Source: an archaeon
GTDB taxonomy: Archaea; Nanobdellota; Nanobdellia; Woesearchaeales; UBA9642
NCBI GenBank assembly: GCA_020057295.1
Contig: JAGVGF010000002.1
Span: 1 to 64,000, forward strand
Direction: 5' to 3'
Length of the DNA stretch: 64,000 nt
Shown here piece by piece: positions 59,745 through 64,000 of this stretch. Numbering within the stretch: the first letter of the stretch is position 1; every line of letters begins with the position of its first letter. A model generated the notes under the pieces. That model had not been told where the DNA came from, made no database searches, and worked only from the letters and a program-made list of their open reading frames with translations. The position numbers were made by a program, and so were the translations under genes.

Positions 59745-60332
59745 ATGGAGAATAAATTTCTTCCCCTTTTGGAACTTGCATTGCCTTACTATGAGAAAGG
59801 CAGATCTATGGATGTTGAACACATAAAATGGTTGTGTGAAACAGTTCCAAAATACATTTCTGATAGTGAAGTAAATCACGATATATTAATGCCTGTAGCA
59901 ATACTTCATGATACAGGTTATTCAAAGATACCTAAAGGTTCTGATTCCTATAACTTAAATGTACGAAAAGCACATTCAGAATTTGGAGCACAGATAGCTG
60001 AAGAAATAATGACTAAACTAGACTATCCGAGAGATACAATTGAAGAAGTAAAACGATTAATTCTCAAACACGATGATTGGGCTTTTGGAGATTCATTTAT
60101 TACTGAACCAGTTTTGCTTGCATTTAACAATTTTGATTTTATGTGGATGGCATCAGAAAAAGGATTTGAGTTATGTCGCTCTAATATGAATATAGAACCA
60201 GTTAAATATTATCATCTGGTTGAAAAGTTCAATAAAGATAATCTTGATCGTGGAAGTAGATGGTTTAATTCTAGAACAGAAGAGTTATACTATAAATTGA
60301 TGGCAGATCGAAGAAAAGAACTAGGAATATAG
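59745..60332 (+). CDS. HD-domain phosphohydrolase
   Basis: EH...AILHDTGY...H...G...HD. Confidence 0.8.
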   Translation: MENKFLPLLELALPYYEKGRSMDVEHIKWLCETVPKYISDSEVNHDILMPVAILHDTGYSKIPKGSDSYNLNVRKAHSEFGAQIAEEIMTKLDYPRDTIEEVKRLILKHDDWAFGDSFITEPVLLAFNNFDFMWMASEKGFELCRSNMNIEPVKYYHLVEKFNKDNLDRGSRWFNSRTEELYYKLMADRRKELGI

Positions 60333-60395
60333 TTAAACTATACTGCTTTAATTATTCATATTAAACTTTATAAACACATATTTATTCTCGATATT

Positions 60396-61595
60396 ATGCA
60401 AATAGGTGTTGTGGGGAAAGCAAATGTTGGAAAGAGCACGTTCTTTAAGGCAGCTACATTAATGGATGTTCTAATAGCTAATTATCCTTTTGCAACAATC
60501 AAGCCAAATCATGGCGTAGGTTTTGTGAAGATTGATTGTACTGACACATTCTTTAATACACAATGTAATCCTAGAGAAGGATTCTGTATTGATCATAAAA
60601 GATTTGTTCCTGTTGATGTTATTGATGTTGCAGGATTAGTTCCTGGAGCACATGAAGGTAAAGGTTTAGGAAACCAACTTTTAGATGATTTAAGACAAGC
60701 TCATGCACTCGTGCATGTTGTAGATTTTGCTGGTGCAACAAATGAGAGAGGAGAACCATCAGATCCAGGTTCAAGAGATCCTTATGATGATATTACATTT
60801 TTAGAGGAAGAAATAGATTTCTGGTATTTAGGAATTATAAATAAGGGATGGGAAAAGTTTGCACGACAAATTCAGCAAGAACATGGTGACCCATGTAAAG
60901 CTTTAGGTAAACAATTATCAGGATTAATGGTTACTGAAGAAATGGTTGATGATGTCATAAAAAAATTAAATCTGCCAAAAGACAAAGTTGTTGCATGGAC
61001 TGAAAGAGATTTGATGGATGTAGCTAGATCATTAAGAAAATTAACTAAACCAATGATAATTGTAGCTAATAAGATGGATATTCCAATAGCGCAAGAAAAT
61101 TATCATAGAATAAAGAAAGAGCATCCAGAATTAACAATAATTCCTTGTTCAGCAGAATCTGAACTTGCATTGAAAGAGGCAGCAAAACATCAATTAATAA
61201 AATATCTTCCAGGAAACGATGATTTCGAATTTACAGATGATGGAAAACTTAATGATAAACAAAAATTTGCATTAAATTTTATTAAAGAAAATGTTTTGAA
61301 AAAGATGGGTTCAACAGGCGTTCAAACGGCAATAAATGCAGCAGTGTTAGATGTCCTAAAATATATTGCAATATTTCCAGGTGGAGTAAACAAATTAACA
61401 GATCAATACGGAAGAACTTTACCAGATTGTTTCTTAATGCCTCCAGGAACGACAGCATTAGATTTCGCATTCAAATTACATACAGATTTTGGTAAGAATT
61501 TCATTAAAGCAATCGACGTCAAAAGAAAGATGCCAGTCGGAAAAGACTTCCCGCTAAAACATTTAGACGTTGTAGAGATACATAGCGGGAAATGA
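60396..61595 (+). CDS. Obg-superfamily YchF-like GTPase/ATPase with TGS domain (archaeal type)
   Basis: GKANVGKST, NYPFATI, DVAGL, ANKMD, C-terminal TGS. Confidence 0.93.
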   Translation: MQIGVVGKANVGKSTFFKAATLMDVLIANYPFATIKPNHGVGFVKIDCTDTFFNTQCNPREGFCIDHKRFVPVDVIDVAGLVPGAHEGKGLGNQLLDDLRQAHALVHVVDFAGATNERGEPSDPGSRDPYDDITFLEEEIDFWYLGIINKGWEKFARQIQQEHGDPCKALGKQLSGLMVTEEMVDDVIKKLNLPKDKVVAWTERDLMDVARSLRKLTKPMIIVANKMDIPIAQENYHRIKKEHPELTIIPCSAESELALKEAAKHQLIKYLPGNDDFEFTDDGKLNDKQKFALNFIKENVLKKMGSTGVQTAINAAVLDVLKYIAIFPGGVNKLTDQYGRTLPDCFLMPPGTTALDFAFKLHTDFGKNFIKAIDVKRKMPVGKDFPLKHLDVVEIHSGK

Positions 61596-61612
61596 TAAAT
61601 TTTTTCTAGACA

Positions 61613-62305
61613 TTATTTTACAATATTTAATATCTCTTCAGGCTTCTTGATTGTGTAATCAGAGAATTTCTCTTCTCCGCCTGATGCATGACCCCATGTT
61701 ACAAATATTGATTTCGCTTTCAATTTTTTTGCAGGTTCAAGATCTGATAATTTATCTCCGATGACATAAAGTATCTTACCTTGTTTTTTTAATAATTTTA
61801 AATTATCTTCATTCCCTATACCTAGTATTGGTGGTTGGCCATATATATAATCGAATTGTATATCTGATTTAGATATTGCAATCATTCCAGATATTATGTC
61901 TGTTCTGACTCCTGAAACAATCGCTAATTTATATCCTTTGGACTGTAGTCTTTTTAATGATTCTATAAACCCTTTCGGAAATATATTTTTTCCATATTCT
62001 TTGGCAACCATAAACATTCCAATTTGAAACAAGTTTGTAGAAATTTGATTAAGATATTTATCTCCTGTGATATTCATAAAATCCAAATCATTTTCTCTAT
62101 ATCTTATAGTCATTTCAGGTTCTAAACCTGTAAGTGTAGTGACAAATTCTCTATTTGCCTTGTATAATTCTTTAGGATTTGCATGTTCATATTTCGTTGG
62201 CAAACCTCTCTTTAGAATGCTTGATCTGAACTCATTAGCTTTTTCAATCATTTCTGCTTTCACTAATGTTCCAGCGAAATCTACAATTATTATCTTATTG
62301 ACCAT
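61613..62305 (-). CDS. HAD-family hydrolase-like protein
   Basis: VDFAGTL, AIVSG, IGDKLSD, VTWG. Confidence 0.8.
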   Translation of the reverse strand: MVNKIIIVDFAGTLVKAEMIEKANEFRSSILKRGLPTKYEHANPKELYKANREFVTTLTGLEPEMTIRYRENDLDFMNITGDKYLNQISTNLFQIGMFMVAKEYGKNIFPKGFIESLKRLQSKGYKLAIVSGVRTDIISGMIAISKSDIQFDYIYGQPPILGIGNEDNLKLLKKQGKILYVIGDKLSDLEPAKKLKAKSIFVTWGHASGGEEKFSDYTIKKPEEILNIVK

Positions 62306-62336
62306 ACTTATAAAATAGAAATCATGTTAATAAATT

Positions 62337-63374
62337 TTACTCAATAACAATCTTGTCGCCGTATGCTTCCTCAATTATTTGTTCTTTGCCTTTGAACTTT
62401 TGTCTGATTGGCGCAAGTAATTTATTGATTTCAACACCAACACCTGATTTTAAGTCCATTGGATGTAATTTTTTCGTAATAAATGCTTCATGTAATTCTT
62501 CTCGTGTCTTAAAATGTAATGGTCCGCCCCATTTTTCAGGTCTGTCAATAACAAATTCTTCATTCTTATCCATTTTCTGAGTCATTATAACTGTCTCTGC
62601 AAATTCTAGTACACCATTTTCTGGATCTCCTTCAAGACAGTATGCATTCTTTAATTTGTCTTTGATCGTTTTTTCATCATCAATCAAGTCAATCTTAGAA
62701 TTTTTAATACTACTAGACATTTTACCTTCTTGAGTTAATCCTCTTATAAATGGAATCATCAATTCAACTCTTGACTTATATCCTACTTGTGGCAAGAATT
62801 CACGTGCAAAGACAAGAATCTTTCTCTGATCTAGTGCACCCATCTGAATATCTACGCCAAGATATTCTTCATCTAAAGCCTGCATTATCGGATAAATAAG
62901 TCCGGAAAGTTTAGGATTATCGCCCATTTTAACAACATCTGAGGCCGCCTTTGTACAATCTCTAATAGATGTTAGTGTAGACATCTTCAAAACATCAAGG
63001 ATATAATCCTTATTAACCTGAAAATCTGATCCTTTAACAAGTTCAAAATTCTTCAAATCTCCACCCATAGCTTCAATCATTGCTGGAATAACAATTTCAT
63101 AATACTTATATCTCTTCTCAAGCAATTCCCACGGAGTATTATCTAATGCACCATGAATATCTGCTAATAATACTTTAACTTTAAATCCTGCTTTTAAGAA
63201 ATCAGCTAGTTTCTGTACCCACGCAAAATATCCAATATGTGGTCTTCCAGTCACGGAAGTTCCAAGATATACGCTAGGATGCTTCTTTTCTTCTAATAAT
63301 TTAATTAATTCCTCTTCTGTAATAATCTCTTGAGTATTACGCTTAATTAGCTGAAATCTCTCGTTAGTATCCAT
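62337..63374 (-). CDS. tyrS: tyrosine--tRNA ligase (archaeal type)
   Basis: HIGY, LADIH, YPIMQALD, DQRKI, KMSSS, LHPMDLK. Confidence 0.95.
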   Translation of the reverse strand: MDTNERFQLIKRNTQEIITEEELIKLLEEKKHPSVYLGTSVTGRPHIGYFAWVQKLADFLKAGFKVKVLLADIHGALDNTPWELLEKRYKYYEIVIPAMIEAMGGDLKNFELVKGSDFQVNKDYILDVLKMSTLTSIRDCTKAASDVVKMGDNPKLSGLIYPIMQALDEEYLGVDIQMGALDQRKILVFAREFLPQVGYKSRVELMIPFIRGLTQEGKMSSSIKNSKIDLIDDEKTIKDKLKNAYCLEGDPENGVLEFAETVIMTQKMDKNEEFVIDRPEKWGGPLHFKTREELHEAFITKKLHPMDLKSGVGVEINKLLAPIRQKFKGKEQIIEEAYGDKIVIE

Positions 63375-63454
63375 AATAATCAGAACCTCTGTTAATTTTA
63401 ATAGTTTATTGTTTTAAAGAAAATATTATAAAAATTTGTTAAAAAATAAAAAGT

Positions 63455-63703
63455 TTATACCTTACGATAGATATATACACAAATTCCTACAAGTATTACA
63501 CCCATCAAAGTCCTACTAATTGCGCCAAGATCTACAGGAGCAGATTCTTCTGCAACAACATTAGCAGTTATACCATTAGCGCCACTTGTAGTTGGTACGC
63601 CTGTATTAGCAGAATTTGTTAACATAAATACTACTCCTACCACAGCTACTATGCCTACAATCATCATAATATATATTGGTGTCTTATCTTCCATTGGTTT
63701 CAC
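63455..63703 (-). CDS. small membrane protein with two TM helices
   Basis: IVGIVAVVGVV...GITANVV...C-terminal TM. Confidence 0.7.
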   Translation of the reverse strand: MKPMEDKTPIYIMMIVGIVAVVGVVFMLTNSANTGVPTTSGANGITANVVAEESAPVDLGAISRTLMGVILVGICVYIYRKV

Positions 63704-63735
63704 CTTTTAACTTGATATATCTTCATCCATAATTT

Positions 63736-64000
63736 TTACCTTATTAGGTTGTGCTTCCTTAAATATTTTGTGTATAATTCGAAATCTTTAGACTGTTTAA
63801 ACTCCTCAAGCTTATCAGGAGGTAATTGAGCAATCCAATCATGTAACCCGTGTAACATTTCACGCAGTTCAGCATCACTCATAACAACTTCATCATGCTC
63901 TTCAGATATAATATCTATATTTTTCACAGGAGTTATATCTTCTAAATCCACATCTTCATCCTTTGAGGGAGAGTTTTTTCTAGAAAAATTCAACTTCTTA
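63736..64000 (-). CDS. hypothetical protein, C-terminal part (truncated by window)
   Basis: LP...EEFK.S.DFELY...L C-terminal motif; frame open to window end. Confidence 0.6.
   Translation of the reverse strand, partial: KKLNFSRKNSPSKDEDVDLEDITPVKNIDIISEEHDEVVMSDAELREMLHGLHDWIAQLPPDKLEEFKQSKDFELYTKYLRKHNLIR

Noticed and set aside
173-62580. Many short antisense or nested ORFs (e.g. 173-475, 8577-8957, 13445-13816, 47941-48384)
   Set aside because: Shadows of well-supported genes on the opposite strand, with no motifs
62337-63374. Functional link between TyrRS and the CDPS (related folds)
   Set aside because: 56 kb apart; TyrRS is an ordinary housekeeping copy
1-64000. CRISPR array, integrase, transposase or provirus
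   Set aside because: No regularly spaced repeats and no recombinase, transposase or capsid motifs seen

Overview
AT-rich (about 30% GC by eye) archaeal chromosomal segment, most likely from a DPANN lineage such as Woesearchaeota; the taxon is inferred from gene content, GGTGA-type SD motifs and BRE/TATA promoters. The housekeeping backbone comprises the rps13-rps4-rps11-rpoD-tRNA-Leu-rpl18e-rpl13-rps9-rpoN cluster, LeuRS, TyrRS, RFC-L, a YchF-like GTPase, PEP synthase, non-oxidative pentose phosphate genes, SufS, a type IV pilus-like ATPase plus platform protein, three tRNAs and an SRP RNA that the ORF track calls as a protein. The best candidate for an undescribed system is a tRNA-dependent cyclodipeptide synthase (NYH-type motifs) lying divergent from a tandem Lrp/AsnC regulator and convergent with a methyltransferase and a Na+/solute symporter. 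Other highlights: a DoxX/FMN-binding/ApbE flavinylation module; two paralogous TrmB + small UVR-motif protein modules sharing a promoter motif; an SRP RNA apparently lacking helix 6; a synonymous duplicate of the msrAB 3' end; palindromes bracketing a vapBC cassette; and three short ORFs absent from the track, one PHD-finger-like. All calls come from motif recognition by eye; no database searches were run.
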